This document shows, in pieces, positions 1-8,643 of a DNA stretch of 42,031 bases. This stretch comes from an uncultured bacterium. GTDB taxonomy: Bacteria > T1Sed10-126. The stretch is from positions 1 to 42,031 of the forward strand of contig CAZMIT010000004.1 of the NCBI GenBank assembly GCA_964566495.1. Direction: 5' to 3'. Numbering within the stretch: the first letter of the stretch is position 1; the number at the start of each line of letters is the position of its first letter. Under the pieces are notes generated by a model. That model searched no databases. It was not told where the DNA came from and saw only the letters and a list, made by a program, of their open reading frames with translations. The position numbers and the translations under genes are program-made.

Positions 1-80
1 CTGTGAACAGGCGAGCATACGAGCATGCAAACGGGCAGTAAACCGTTATCGGTGATCGGTAACGTCGGTAGAGCGTGGAA

Positions 81-221
81 AGGAGATGAGGATATTAGGA
101 GATGAGGATATTAGGAGATGAGGAGATTAGGCGAGGTCAAGTGCGGGAAACCATTAGAGTGCGTGATGAGGATATTAGGAGATGAGGAGATTAAGATATT
201 AGGAGAAGTCAAGCGCAGGAA
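81..221. repeat. Short imperfect tandem repeats (16-bp unit AGGAGATGAGGA[T/G]ATT) in two related blocks
   Basis: AGGAGATGAGGATATT at 81-96 and 97-112, variant at 113-128. A second block at about 165-203. Each block is followed by a related tail (ggcgaggtcaagtgcgggaaa / ggagaagtcaagcgcaggaaa). Confidence 0.85.
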
Positions 222-378
222 ATTGTAGGTCAGTGGAGATGAGTTGGGAGGAGTGAATTGTTGTTGGTATCTGGTCGGGGAGCATTGTTGTTGTCTAAAC
301 CAAGGAAAAGGGGTAAAATAAGTAACAAATCTGTATCTGTTGGCGAATAGTTTACCTTCTTGAGTAGAGGTGGCTCTG

Positions 379-2088
379 ATGAGTATACCGAACACAGTAG
401 TAAAATACGTTAATAAAGAGGGAAAAATTGAAGATTTTCAGGTCTCAAGAATTGCCGACTCAATCTGTAAGGCAATCGAAGACGTCGAGGGGGAGCAGCT
501 ATCTCTGGCAGATCGGCGCGCCCAAATATACGCGCAGAGCGTAACCGACCGAGTCTATCGCGAGTATTATGACATAGACTGGTTAACGGAAGAGTTTATA
601 ACCCAGTATCTAAGCTACGACGAGGAAGAACGTCACCACCGGATGAAGGATGCCTTCGTAACCGAGCGCATTACTTTTGTGCTAATGGAGACCTTTAAAG
701 ACAGGTTGAGCAGTCGCAACCCGGCCGAGGAGCCGGAACGCCTCCAGGATTACATCGGGGAGCAGATGGAGTCAGCGGATGTTGATCCCCGCTTTACGCA
801 CAGTCTTTTTCCCGAGTTGACGGAAGAAGAACTGGACAAGATCGTCAAGTTTCTACAGAAAGAAGTTCTTGAGATGAGCGAGCAGGAACTATCGCCGGAG
901 ATCCTCTGTCCGCCGCGCGAATACATCCAGGACACGGTGGAAAAGGAACTGAAACGGCTTGGTGAAATTCAGGTTGCCGAGGGCTACATGATATACCGTG
1001 AGGGGCGCAAAAAGGTAAACGAGGGTGATATATCGGAGCTTCAGTTTACAAATAACGGTATACACCAGGATTTAGTGCGGCGCACCCTGGAATGGAATGT
1101 CGACCACCAATGTGACAGTGTCTTTGAAATAAATCGTTGGATGACAGGCGAGGACGGACGCGACCTCGCCGAGCTAATCGATGCCGCTGAAAAGCGATTC
1201 AAGTCCGATATTGAGGAGACTGCCGAGCAGATACTGGGTCGACGAGAGGAGATTGACGTAGTTGTAATTGCCGGTCCCTCCTGTTCAAACAAGACCACAA
1301 CGACAGTTATAATCGGCGACCAGCTTCAAAAAGAGGGAATGAAATTCAAACAACTCAATGTTGATGATTATTTTTATGACCTGAAGGATCAACCCAAGGA
1401 TCGTTTTGGCGACTATGATTTTGAGATGCCCGGTGCCATTGACATGCCGCTGCTCAATGAACACCTATCGGAACTGGTCCAGGGGGCGACGATTGACAAG
1501 CCAATTTATAATTTTGAAGCAGGTTGTCGCGACGGCACCGAACCTTTCACCCGCGACCCCGATGAAATCATACTTATTGACTGTCTGCACGGTCTTTACC
1601 GGGATTTGACAAGTTCGGTGCCCCAAAGTAGCAAGTTCAAAATATACATAGAGTCAATGAATGTTCTGCGCGGCGTGAACGGCCGTTACACTCGCTGGGC
1701 CGACGTACGAATGCTAAAACGCATGATACGTGACTCGCGTCATCGCGGTTACAGCATGGAAAATACGCTCTCACACTGGCCTTACGTGAGGAAGGGAGAG
1801 TTAAAACATATCATTCCTTATATTTTCTCCACCGACGTAGTTTTGAACTCCGGTTTACCGTATGAACTCCCGATCTTGAAAAAAGTGATCGGCGACGATT
1901 ATCCGGATCACGATTACATCAATCAACTGAAGGAAGACAACCGGTTGGCCGCTTACGTACGTGGGAAGAGAACAGCAGCATTGCTCGATACCATTGAGCC
2001 CTTTCCCGACCTGGACTTGATCCCGGGCACATCTCCGGTTAGAGAATTTATCGGCGGCTCCGACTACGTGATTCCCCACAACGACTAA
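379..2088 (+). CDS. ATP-cone domain protein fused to a uridine kinase/phosphoribulokinase-family P-loop domain
   Basis: ATP-cone N-half (VNKEGKIEDFQVSRIADSICKA) and C-half (EYIQDTVEKELKRLG..VAEGYMIYR). The C-terminal domain has IAGPSCSNKTTT, LNVDDYF, YDFE, RMLKRMIRD..RG and GELKHIIPY, typical of uridine-kinase-like proteins. ATG 379 is preferred over GTG 370 because of the upstream GAGGTG Shine-Dalgarno (SD) sequence. Confidence 0.75.
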   Translation: MSIPNTVVKYVNKEGKIEDFQVSRIADSICKAIEDVEGEQLSLADRRAQIYAQSVTDRVYREYYDIDWLTEEFITQYLSYDEEERHHRMKDAFVTERITFVLMETFKDRLSSRNPAEEPERLQDYIGEQMESADVDPRFTHSLFPELTEEELDKIVKFLQKEVLEMSEQELSPEILCPPREYIQDTVEKELKRLGEIQVAEGYMIYREGRKKVNEGDISELQFTNNGIHQDLVRRTLEWNVDHQCDSVFEINRWMTGEDGRDLAELIDAAEKRFKSDIEETAEQILGRREEIDVVVIAGPSCSNKTTTTVIIGDQLQKEGMKFKQLNVDDYFYDLKDQPKDRFGDYDFEMPGAIDMPLLNEHLSELVQGATIDKPIYNFEAGCRDGTEPFTRDPDEIILIDCLHGLYRDLTSSVPQSSKFKIYIESMNVLRGVNGRYTRWADVRMLKRMIRDSRHRGYSMENTLSHWPYVRKGELKHIIPYIFSTDVVLNSGLPYELPILKKVIGDDYPDHDYINQLKEDNRLAAYVRGKRTAALLDTIEPFPDLDLIPGTSPVREFIGGSDYVIPHND

Positions 2089-2211
2089 AATTGTGAGTTC
2101 TTGAGAAAAAGTTAAGCCAAAATCTACATAAGACGCTCAAGGTAGAATTGTTGCGGTTTTCTATAAAGCCAAAAGCGAGACATTACTGATTTCTAACCTC
2201 GAGGCGTAGCC

Positions 2212-4149
2212 ATGGAAACAGACAGGTGGTTAAGCGGCGCGACCGTATGCTGGACCAGCGGCATGTTTTACTTCCTTGTGGGTATCCTGTGGGTAATAAC
2301 CGCTGAAGGTATATTTTCTCCTCCTCTGCCTGAAATAACAGACAACGTCCTGCGGATTGGGGGCTATTTTTTTCTTCTGTTGCTTGGGGCGCTGCTTCCT
2401 GACCTATTCTCCCGGCTGACCAGCTCCGGATATGTCAAACAATTCCCCGCCGATGAAACTATAGAGCCGAGGGAAACTTTCGCCTATCAATATAGAGTTG
2501 ATCCTTCGCTGTCGGAGTGGCAGCTTGAAGAATACTCTGGTCGAATTGAAAATTTAATAGAGATAGATAAGGCTGAAAAAAGCGAAAACCAGGGAGAAGA
2601 TTTTGTCCATTTTATGAATATTATGGAGAACGATCGCAGCGAGGTGATGGAAAAGATAAAGGAGGCGCTTGATACCGGGGAAAGCTATGAGCTGGAATAT
2701 CGAATTACCGGCGCGGAAGGTGAGATTGAGTGGGTGCGTGACAATGGTCGAGGAAGATATAACGAGGCGGAGGAACTAATTGCAATAGCAGGGGACGTGA
2801 AGAAAATCACCGAAATAAAATCAGCCCAGCAGGACGCTGAACTGGCCAAGGCCGAAGCCGAATACCTGGCCCGTCACGACACGCTTACGGGTCTACCCAA
2901 CCGGGGTGTTTTTCTGGAAAAAGTTACGCAGATATTTTCCGAAAGCACTGCTAACCAGTCAGAGGGTTATCTCTTCTGCGCCGTCGATATTTTAGATTTC
3001 CAAAAATACAATAACTTCTATGGCTACTGGTTGGGAAATAGAATACTTGAGCGCACTACGGCATTTTTAAGGGAAAGAGTGCCCGAGGATGCTTTGCTGG
3101 GTCGACTGGGAAACGACGAATTCGGGATTCTTCTGCCCGTTGGCAGAGAAAGTGACGTGCAGCAAATAATCAAAGATCACCTGGCGCCGCTAAAAAACTC
3201 TTTTGAAGCTGATGGTAATACAATCGAATACCACATGCGAGTAGGTGCAGCCCGCTACCCGGAAGACGGCACGTCGCTTGAGGAACTACTGGGAGCAAGC
3301 TACCGGGCCCTGGACCGGGAGAAGAGGGGTCGGGGTATGCAGCGCAATAAAATTCTTGTTCACCAGGAATCGGACCTGGAACAGCTGGAGTTACAGATAA
3401 AATCATCAGAAAAGTTGATCGAGGCGTTAGAAGCTAACCGGTTGGAAGTTCATTATCAGCCCGTATACGACAGTCGCAACGGTTCAATTTATATGTTTGA
3501 AGCTTTAATGCGAATTTTTACAAAAAGTGGTGAGGTGCGGACCCTGCAAAATTACTCAGAGATCGTGAATAACCCTCAGCTCTCCTCCCGCCTTGACCGC
3601 TGGGTAGTTAACAAAGTGGTTGAGCAGATCAGCCAGTTGCCCGAGCAAAAGACGCCGGAATATATATCAATAAATCTTTTTCCGGCTTCAATTTTAAGAC
3701 GCGATGTTTTTGCAGCTCTGAACGAGCGCCTGGAGAAATCCGGTGTTCCGAAGGACAGGATAATTATTGAAATTACAGAAAAGTTGCTGGGGGGCTGTAG
3801 CGCCCGGGCCTTTCAGAACCTGATGAAAGTGGTTGAAGAGTATGGGTTTAACATTGCTCTTGATGATTTTGGAGTTGGACACGGTTCATTTCAAACGCTG
3901 AAAGAACTCCCCCTGGACATGATTAAAATTGATGGGACCTTTATCGTTAATCTCGAGGATAGTGATATGAATTTAAAATTTGTAAGATCACTTGCTAACC
4001 TGAGTCGTGATATTGATATACCGGTAGTTGGTGAATGGATAGAAACCAAAAAAACGGCCGAAATATTACAGGATCTTGGGGTCTATTATCACCAGGGGTA
4101 TTACTACGAAAAACCCTGTCGACTGGACAAAGCGGTAGCTACCTGTTAA
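2212..4149 (+). CDS. Membrane-anchored PAS/PAC-GGDEF(degenerate)-EAL protein, probable c-di-GMP phosphodiesterase
   Basis: Two N-terminal hydrophobic segments; PAC motif (EYRITGAEGEIEWVRDNG); HDTLTGLPNR; RLGNDEF in place of GGDEF; EALMR, EITE, DDFGVG, IKIDG. Confidence 0.88.
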   Translation: METDRWLSGATVCWTSGMFYFLVGILWVITAEGIFSPPLPEITDNVLRIGGYFFLLLLGALLPDLFSRLTSSGYVKQFPADETIEPRETFAYQYRVDPSLSEWQLEEYSGRIENLIEIDKAEKSENQGEDFVHFMNIMENDRSEVMEKIKEALDTGESYELEYRITGAEGEIEWVRDNGRGRYNEAEELIAIAGDVKKITEIKSAQQDAELAKAEAEYLARHDTLTGLPNRGVFLEKVTQIFSESTANQSEGYLFCAVDILDFQKYNNFYGYWLGNRILERTTAFLRERVPEDALLGRLGNDEFGILLPVGRESDVQQIIKDHLAPLKNSFEADGNTIEYHMRVGAARYPEDGTSLEELLGASYRALDREKRGRGMQRNKILVHQESDLEQLELQIKSSEKLIEALEANRLEVHYQPVYDSRNGSIYMFEALMRIFTKSGEVRTLQNYSEIVNNPQLSSRLDRWVVNKVVEQISQLPEQKTPEYISINLFPASILRRDVFAALNERLEKSGVPKDRIIIEITEKLLGGCSARAFQNLMKVVEEYGFNIALDDFGVGHGSFQTLKELPLDMIKIDGTFIVNLEDSDMNLKFVRSLANLSRDIDIPVVGEWIETKKTAEILQDLGVYYHQGYYYEKPCRLDKAVATC

Positions 4150-4458
4150 GTTATAGCGGACAGGTGGAGCGCTATCCCGGCTCTTGAGCGGACAGACTTT
4201 CAGATAAGCAAGTCATAACCGTGCCAAATCATATTTTTTGGGGAAAAAGTTGGAATTTTTCCTCATAATGCGTTATTATCTTGCAAGAGAGAGATAAATA
4301 GTCAAGCTGCGAACACGATAGACATTTTATCGTAGATTATACTGGCTATAGCCGGAAGTTTCAGCTACAAGCAGATGTTAAGAGACCAGGCTTGTTGAAA
4401 CAAGACTGGAGACGAGGATAATGATTTCGGATAGGCTTTAAATATGGAGGATTATTAG

Positions 4459-5451
4459 ATGGATAAAAATGAGTTTTTACAGCAAGCAAACGCACCACAA
4501 CCTCTGGCAGAGAGGGCCTGGGAACTTGCTAATGAGGACCCTCAGCAAGCACAAGCCTACCTTGAACCATCAAAATTAAAGGTAAACGCTAAGTTTCGTG
4601 ATAGCGGCGGTCGCTTCGGGGGATTAATATACATAAGCTGGAATTACGCTGAAAACACCATTGATGCCGGTGAAGCTGTGGTGAGCAGTAGCGACAAAAT
4701 TCTTGACATCCCGATTGACCTGCCCCCGAACAACTTTCATCAGCGTATTACACGGGGGAAGAAAACCGGCGAGCAGATGGGAGGTAACACGGAAACCCTT
4801 CAGACCGCTCTCGCGGATGTGCTTCAGGACCCCGGATCCGAGCTTAGAAGTGGACTGGTTGGCCAGGATTTAGCAAAAATTGACGTTGAGCTACAAAATC
4901 TACTGACCAGCAACCTGGATATCAACAACCCACAGTTCACCTCCGAAGTTGTTCTATCCCGTAAAATAGATGAAATAGATGGAACTGAAGAGACAGCAGA
5001 AGCGGAAGAAGAGAGTGAAGAATACGAATTTCCCGCCGAAGTGGAGATCAATCCAATCAAGGGTGTTCCAGTGAACCAGATTTCAATTGGGGATTTAATC
5101 TATGTCGATCTTGGAAACTATTCCAGCGAATTACAACGCATTGCCCAGGTATTGGACCAGAGACGTGATGAATCGGGTATGATCCCGGCGCAACTGGTAT
5201 CACGTGAAGTTTCCGAAGCTGGGACACTAAGTCTACGAGTTCAATTTGGACGCGATGTCTACGGCAAAGTGCGCTGTGGCAAGGACGTAAATATACTGGT
5301 CCCCGAGTCTACAGCTTCCGATAAATCCCAGGGGATGCAGAAAAAATCCCTGGATCCACTTGAGGTCTTAGAAGAGAACTGGGTATTAATTCTGCCGTTC
5401 ATAATCGCTCTGATTATAATTTTAGTTGTCTTTTTAGTGTTAACTCCGTAA
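4459..5451 (+). CDS. Hypothetical acidic protein with C-terminal TM anchor (DUF4899-like)
   Basis: 330-aa ORF with strong SD (GGAGGA). The segment INPIKGVPVNQISIGDLIYV resembles DUF4899 proteins as I recall them. C-terminal hydrophobic helix. Confidence 0.6.
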   Translation: MDKNEFLQQANAPQPLAERAWELANEDPQQAQAYLEPSKLKVNAKFRDSGGRFGGLIYISWNYAENTIDAGEAVVSSSDKILDIPIDLPPNNFHQRITRGKKTGEQMGGNTETLQTALADVLQDPGSELRSGLVGQDLAKIDVELQNLLTSNLDINNPQFTSEVVLSRKIDEIDGTEETAEAEEESEEYEFPAEVEINPIKGVPVNQISIGDLIYVDLGNYSSELQRIAQVLDQRRDESGMIPAQLVSREVSEAGTLSLRVQFGRDVYGKVRCGKDVNILVPESTASDKSQGMQKKSLDPLEVLEENWVLILPFIIALIIILVVFLVLTP

Positions 5452-5670
5452 CCCTTCCTGTTGATAAACATCCACTATTCTGCCATTTGAAAATTTATCC
5501 CAGAGCTCTCCCATTTCTACCCGCTGGGCTGGGGCGAAATGGCGTGGAAAAGTTCTGGTCTTCCCCCCTCGTGCCCAACAATTGCTGTTAACAGAGCCAA
5601 ATTATTTGTAATTACCGCTTATAGGCCCCAAAAGGGGTGTTTTCACATTATTCGCCCGAGCACTCAATAG

Positions 5671-5713
5671 CCCGGACACTTCACGACAGCATAACTGTCG
5701 TGAATTATCCGTG
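5671..5713. repeat. Palindromic mini-element, CCCGG...CCG(G/T)G family
   Basis: CCCGGACACTTCACGACAG-CATAA-CTGTCGTGAATTATCCGTG; similar to 36543-36577; flanks ATAG/CTAA. Confidence 0.65.
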
Positions 5714-5754
5714 CTAAGGGAGCGGAACCTGAGTAAAAAGCTTAAGATCGGTGC

Positions 5755-5782
5755 TAAAGTTTTTCTGCAATTTAGCCGATGA
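5755..5782 (+). promoter_or_regulatory. Sigma28 (FliA/SigD)-type promoter
   Basis: TAAAGTTT..GCCGATGA, i.e. TAAA-N16-GCCGATGA, about 60 nt upstream of ATG 5843. Confidence 0.7.
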
Positions 5783-5842
5783 TATTACTGGTTTAGTCTA
5801 TTTGTAGACATTTTGTTGTTGACGGCAAAGCAGGTGGTGGAT

Positions 5843-6160
5843 ATGAGTGTTACGCCGATGGACTTACAGGTTTTATTTATGCAGGAGGGGCGAGCGGCCA
5901 AGGAGGCCGACAAGGCGAAAAACTTTGCAGAAACGATGCGCTCTTTTCGGTCCTACAGGCAGAAATATGCCCGGGGCCGAGAAAACGTCAAGGAGATAGA
6001 TGACGCTCGCTCTAAAAACGTTGACGAAGAGGGAGGGCAGGGGGGAGCTCCGGGCTATTTTGCACACCGCCGTCAGCAGGAGCCTGAACTACAGGAAGAA
6101 GAGGAAGAGCGGAAGGATCTTGAACCCGAGCTGGGTAAAATGATGGACATGAAGATATAA
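5843..6160 (+). CDS. Small hypothetical protein, probably motility-associated
   Basis: Starts MSVTPMDLQVLF after the SD-like AGGTGG; ends GKMMDMKI (G-x-x-h-D-h-x-h tail); preceded by a sigma28 promoter. Confidence 0.65.
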   Translation: MSVTPMDLQVLFMQEGRAAKEADKAKNFAETMRSFRSYRQKYARGRENVKEIDDARSKNVDEEGGQGGAPGYFAHRRQQEPELQEEEEERKDLEPELGKMMDMKI

Positions 6161-6202
6161 ACCCCTCGTTAGCAGGAGTTAAGCGTATTTCCTAGGGAGT
6201 CA

Positions 6203-7639
6203 CTAATCCGAATAATCAGGCCGAAAAAAACGTTGGTCAAACTTTCGCCACAACTGCTCCCATTTATTCACCGGCAGATCGTCTTCTGGCAGGACGACAG
6301 ATAAATTTGTTTGTCGCCAGGGGTCTCTTTGCAGATACTTGTGTTGCCAGTGGGAGTGGATAACCGCACCGCGTGCCGCGGGAAGAGGGAGCAAATTTAC
6401 GGCCAGTGAATTATTCAACACGGAGGCAGCCAGGGAGGGGTACCTGGGAAGCCGGGCCAGGCCACCGCCAAAAGTGAGGGGGACCTCGCCGGAGTGTTTG
6501 CCCAGCATATCACCGAGCATCTGTTTTAGCTGCAGTAACAGACTGAGTAGCAGGCCCTGGGCCAGTTCGCGGGTTGAGCTTGTCTCCTGAAAATTTGTCA
6601 GGACCGCCGGAGCAGCACTATTGTGCGGAGCTCCAGTGCCATAGAAGGAGAGCGACCAGAGTGGTGGCGATTGTGGCCAGGGGGGCTTAATCCACTGGCC
6701 AAGCACCTGTCTGTCAAGCGAAAAAATCTTGGAGAACCAGTTAACTGCGCTGCCGGCCGCAGGGATCCGTCCGCTGATATAGTCTCTTGCCCCTGAGGCA
6801 GCGGGTAGAGAAATATTATCGCCGGATTCACTATCAGCGTTATCAGACCAGGACTCCGGCAGGCTCACCTCGGCATCAGTAGCGAGGCGCATCACTCCCC
6901 GTCTGCTCTCGGGGGGTTGATTGCCGATTACGTATGACTGACGGTTAGAAACAATGCCAACGAGATTACATTTTTTCCATAACTTTCGCACTGAAACCCT
7001 CGTTTTGAGGGTCTTGCCAACCTCAGGTAAAATTTCCGGGGGCACATTAAATCGCTCTAGCAGTTGTGAAGACCAGTTGTTTTCAACGGGAGAATAAAGT
7101 CCGCTATATTGGGCCTGGCTGTGGTCCATCCAGTGTAGCTCGCCGCCCGTCGCTCGCCAGAGTATCCAGGTGCCTATATTGCCCCAGCACAGCTGTCCGG
7201 CTTCCAGGGCTTTCTGACAGCTATCCAGCGATAAAAAATTGTTAAACCGGGCCAGGGGCTGTCCCGGCGAGATATTAATGCCGGCCATTTCTTTAATAAG
7301 ATGTTTATCCTCGTTAGTAAGCTGTTCAAACCACTTTTGTCCGTGGTTGTCACGCCAGCTGAGAAGTGGGGTTAATACCTCGCCCGTGCGGCCGTCCCAG
7401 AGTAAAAAACTAAGAGGTTCAGCAGCCAGGGCGGCCTCCCAGGCGCCCCGGAAGGAAAAACGGTCGGGAATGGATTGTAAGCGCTCCCAGGTCAGGGAAG
7501 GGACAAGAGTCGTTCCCGAATCTTTCCGCTCAACAGGTAGCGGAATTGTTTCAATAGATTTTTGTTCACACTGGGGCGTCAACCATATCGCTTTGATGGT
7601 AGTCGCGTCAATCTCTATTCCAACTCGTGGTATAGTCAT
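6203..7639 (-). CDS. FGGY-family carbohydrate kinase-like protein (glycerol-kinase-like, degenerate active site)
   Basis: LLWDGRTGEVLTPLLSWRD, CWGNIGTWILWRATGG..H.MD.SQA..SGLY, AGSAVNWF, FYGTGAP, FGGGLA, matching the GlpK/XylB scaffold. Confidence 0.8.
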   Translation of the reverse strand: MTIPRVGIEIDATTIKAIWLTPQCEQKSIETIPLPVERKDSGTTLVPSLTWERLQSIPDRFSFRGAWEAALAAEPLSFLLWDGRTGEVLTPLLSWRDNHGQKWFEQLTNEDKHLIKEMAGINISPGQPLARFNNFLSLDSCQKALEAGQLCWGNIGTWILWRATGGELHWMDHSQAQYSGLYSPVENNWSSQLLERFNVPPEILPEVGKTLKTRVSVRKLWKKCNLVGIVSNRQSYVIGNQPPESRRGVMRLATDAEVSLPESWSDNADSESGDNISLPAASGARDYISGRIPAAGSAVNWFSKIFSLDRQVLGQWIKPPWPQSPPLWSLSFYGTGAPHNSAAPAVLTNFQETSSTRELAQGLLLSLLLQLKQMLGDMLGKHSGEVPLTFGGGLARLPRYPSLAASVLNNSLAVNLLPLPAARGAVIHSHWQHKYLQRDPWRQTNLSVVLPEDDLPVNKWEQLWRKFDQRFFRPDYSD

Positions 7640-7720
7640 TTAGAAAACTCCTGTCACTAATTTATTATTGGACCAAATATATCAGGTGAACAAAATTACT
7701 AACCCGATTATTCAAGAATC

Positions 7721-7932
7721 GTAATTATTTAGCGCCTTCACTGTGGTTCTCAGAACAAATGGTGTCCCGGTAACAACGTCCGTGAGGTCTTGACCGTCAT
7801 TCCCGTGGAAACGGGAATCCAGCGGCTTTGAATTTAATAGGTCTAAAGTCAACGTCAAAGCCACTGGATTGTCCGGTCAAGCCGGACAATGACGTTCAAT
7901 CCCACAACACCCCGGGGGCGCTAAACGGTTAC
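7721..7932. mobile_element. 212-bp MITE with 16-bp TIRs and 8-bp TSD
   Basis: TIRs GTAATTATTTAGCGCC / GGCGCTAAACGGTTAC (13/16 match); perfect direct repeat CAAGAATC at 7713-7720 and 7933-7940; no coding capacity. Confidence 0.8.
7796..7893. repeat. Inverted pair of GTCATT...ATCCAG REP-like palindromes (REPIN-like)
   Basis: GTCATTCCCGTGGAAACGGGAATCCAG (7796-7822) and CTGGATTGTCCGGTCAAGCCGGACAATGAC (7864-7893); a related copy is at 26200-26228. Confidence 0.75.
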
Positions 7933-8040
7933 CAAGAATCTTAAGAATTAACCGGGCCAGCAATGTCAGCTATGTTAATCCGGTCGGGATTTTCCCACTC
8001 ACACCATACAATTATACTCAAGATTGACAGCCAAAACAAC

Positions 8041-8069
8041 TCGACAAATCCGAAGTTCTAAGCTATCAT
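8041..8069 (+). promoter_or_regulatory. Sigma70-type promoter for the tRNA-Ser genes
   Basis: TCGACA-N17-TATCAT upstream of tRNA-Ser(GCT). Confidence 0.5.
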
Positions 8070-8123
8070 AACGGAGAGTTTTTTAACAGCAGCATAGACT
8101 ATCAAAATTTAATTTCAGATTAT

Positions 8124-8214
8124 GGAGGGGTGGCCGAGTCCGGTTGAAGGCACTCCCCTGCTAAGGGAGCATACCCTTAACAGGGTATCGTGGGTTCGAA
8201 TCCCACCCCCTCCG
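8124..8214 (+). tRNA. tRNA-Ser(GCT)
   Basis: Acceptor GGAGGGG/CCCCTCC+G; anticodon arm CTCCC-CTGCTAA-GGGAG; long variable arm; GGTTCGAATCC; no encoded CCA. Confidence 0.96.
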
Positions 8215-8217
8215 TTT

Positions 8218-8400
8218 AGTTCAGCCAAAAGCTGAAAGCTTAAAGCTGAAAGCTAAAACCGAAAGATCAAAACCGGAAGTTCAGCCAAAAGCTGAAAGCT
8301 TAAAGCTGAAAGCTAAAACCGAAAGATCAAAACCGGAAGTTCAGCCAAAAGCTGAAAGCTTAAAGCTAAAAGCTAAAAGCTAAGACCGTATGATCAAAAT
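8218..8400. repeat. 60-bp tandem repeat (2 identical copies + 1 degenerate) built from AAAGCT(G/T/A) heptamers
   Basis: 8221-8280 and 8281-8340 are identical; the third copy starts identically and then diverges. Confidence 0.92.
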
Positions 8401-8509
8401 CATAAGTGCGGTTGAAAGATAAAACTCAGGGCCGGAGAAAATATATGGTTTGATTGTAAACTAAATATGAACAATTGATTAGTTGTTTGAGTTTGAAGCT
8501 GGCAAATCT

Positions 8510-8600
8510 GGAGAGGTGTCCGAGTCCGGTCGAAGGAGCGCGGTTGGAAACCGTGTGTACCCTTTTTAGGGTACCGAGGGTTCGAATCCCTCCCTCTCCG
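8510..8600 (+). tRNA. tRNA-Ser(GGA)
   Basis: Acceptor GGAGAGG/CCTCTCC+G; anticodon arm CGCGG-TTGGAAA-CCGTG; long variable arm; GGTTCGAATCC. Confidence 0.96.
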
Positions 8601-8643
8601 TCTTTTCCTCCCTTATCAAATCAGACTGAAAGATGGAATTAAC

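Larger units (their letters stand above)
7703..7956. mobile_element. CCCG-type palindromic mini-element interrupted by a MITE
   Basis: Removing the 7721-7932 insert and one TSD copy gives CCCGATTATTCAAGAATCTTAAGAATTAACCGGG, which resembles the reverse complement of 36543-36577; left flank CTAA. Confidence 0.55.

Noticed and set aside
111..395. 94-aa minus-strand ORF
   Set aside because: It is a translation of the repeat tract (SPNILIS) and overlaps the start of the real gene.
4209..4228. Sigma54 promoter (TTGGCACG on the minus strand; similar sites at about 21505 and 41876)
   Set aside because: The -12 TTGC element is not at the required spacing.
5501..5557. Additional CAGAAC-family MITE
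   Set aside because: The ends CAGAGCTCTCC / GGAAAAGTTCTG are similar, but there is no flanking duplication; it may be only a hairpin or a very old copy.
8218..8400. CRISPR array
   Set aside because: The units are contiguous identical repeats with no unique spacers, and there are no cas genes in the window.
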